A stretch of 64,000 bases of DNA from Mobula hypostoma. Its lineage: Eukaryota. The translations under genes were made by a program, and so were the position numbers. The DNA is taken from assembly GCF_963921235.1 (NCBI RefSeq), contig NC_086097.1, positions 60,266,001 to 60,330,000 on the forward strand. The letters are read 5' to 3'. The notes under the pieces are model-generated. The model ran no database searches. It saw only the letters and a list, made by a program, of their open reading frames with translations, and was not told the origin of the DNA. This document shows, in pieces, positions 63,470 through 64,000 of this stretch (the first letter of the stretch is position 1; each line of letters begins with the position of its first letter).

Positions 63470-64000
63470 TAACAAGGTGACTATAATTGTACACAATACA
63501 CCAATGTAGCCTCTCCAACGACTTGCATAAATGCAACAAAATGTCCCTGCCCCTTATCTTAATGCATTGGCTGATTTGAAGGCCAGCATGCTAAACTCCT
63601 TCTTTTCCATCCTGTCTACATGTGAGGTCACTTTCAGGAAAGTATGCACTTGTACTCGCATATCCCTCTGTTCCACAACAATCATCAGTACCCTACTATT
63701 CACAGTATGAGTTCTACCCTTGATTGACTGTCCAAAATGCATCACCTCACACTTATCAAAGGTGAAATTAATTTGTTATTCCTCTGCCCATGTCCCTAAC
63801 TGGTCAAGATTTCTTTGTAATTCATTGTAATCTGCTTTATTTTCAACAAGACCCCTTAGTTTAGTAACATCAGTAAACTTGCTAATTGTGCCAAGTATAT
63901 TAATATCCAAATAATTTACATAAATAATGAATATCAGAGGTCTCACACTGATTACTAGAGCACCCCACTGGTCACAGGCCTCCAGTCAGAGAATAGACCT
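63470..64000 (-). mobile_element. Degenerate CR1 RT fragment running off the window
   Basis: MHFGQSIKGRTHTVNSRVL...VEQRDMRVQVH...FSMLAF. Confidence 0.8.

Noticed and set aside
1..64000. CRISPR arrays, rRNA genes or prokaryotic operons
   Set aside because: No regularly spaced repeat-spacer units, rRNA motifs or dense gene packing; the content is vertebrate-type retroelements.

Overview
This window is repeat-dense eukaryotic genomic DNA, probably intronic. The repeat repertoire (abundant CR1/HER1-type LINEs, V-SINE and CORE-type SINEs, Neptune-type Penelope-like elements) suggests a cartilaginous fish; that is inference, not a database result. No complete host gene is visible, only a few candidate short exons, the best being 49230-49366 (+). 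Most of the window is transposon-derived: CR1 LINEs (a near-complete ORF2 at 16590-19452), Rex1/Babar-type LINEs, a complete but old Gypsy LTR element with a 5-bp TSD (10593-15703), a solo LTR, a mariner-like MITE, SINEs and non-tRNA non-autonomous retroposons. The most striking structure is a family of Penelope-like elements inserted as inverted-repeat units of 0.2-4.6 kb. They have mostly 14-bp target-site duplications, a one-sided terminal tail, and minimal hammerhead-ribozyme motifs on both arms. The family includes a 210-bp near-perfect hairpin mini-element, and two large copies whose facing arms bracket the candidate host exon. Element boundaries without a TSD are approximate and all alignments were done by eye.
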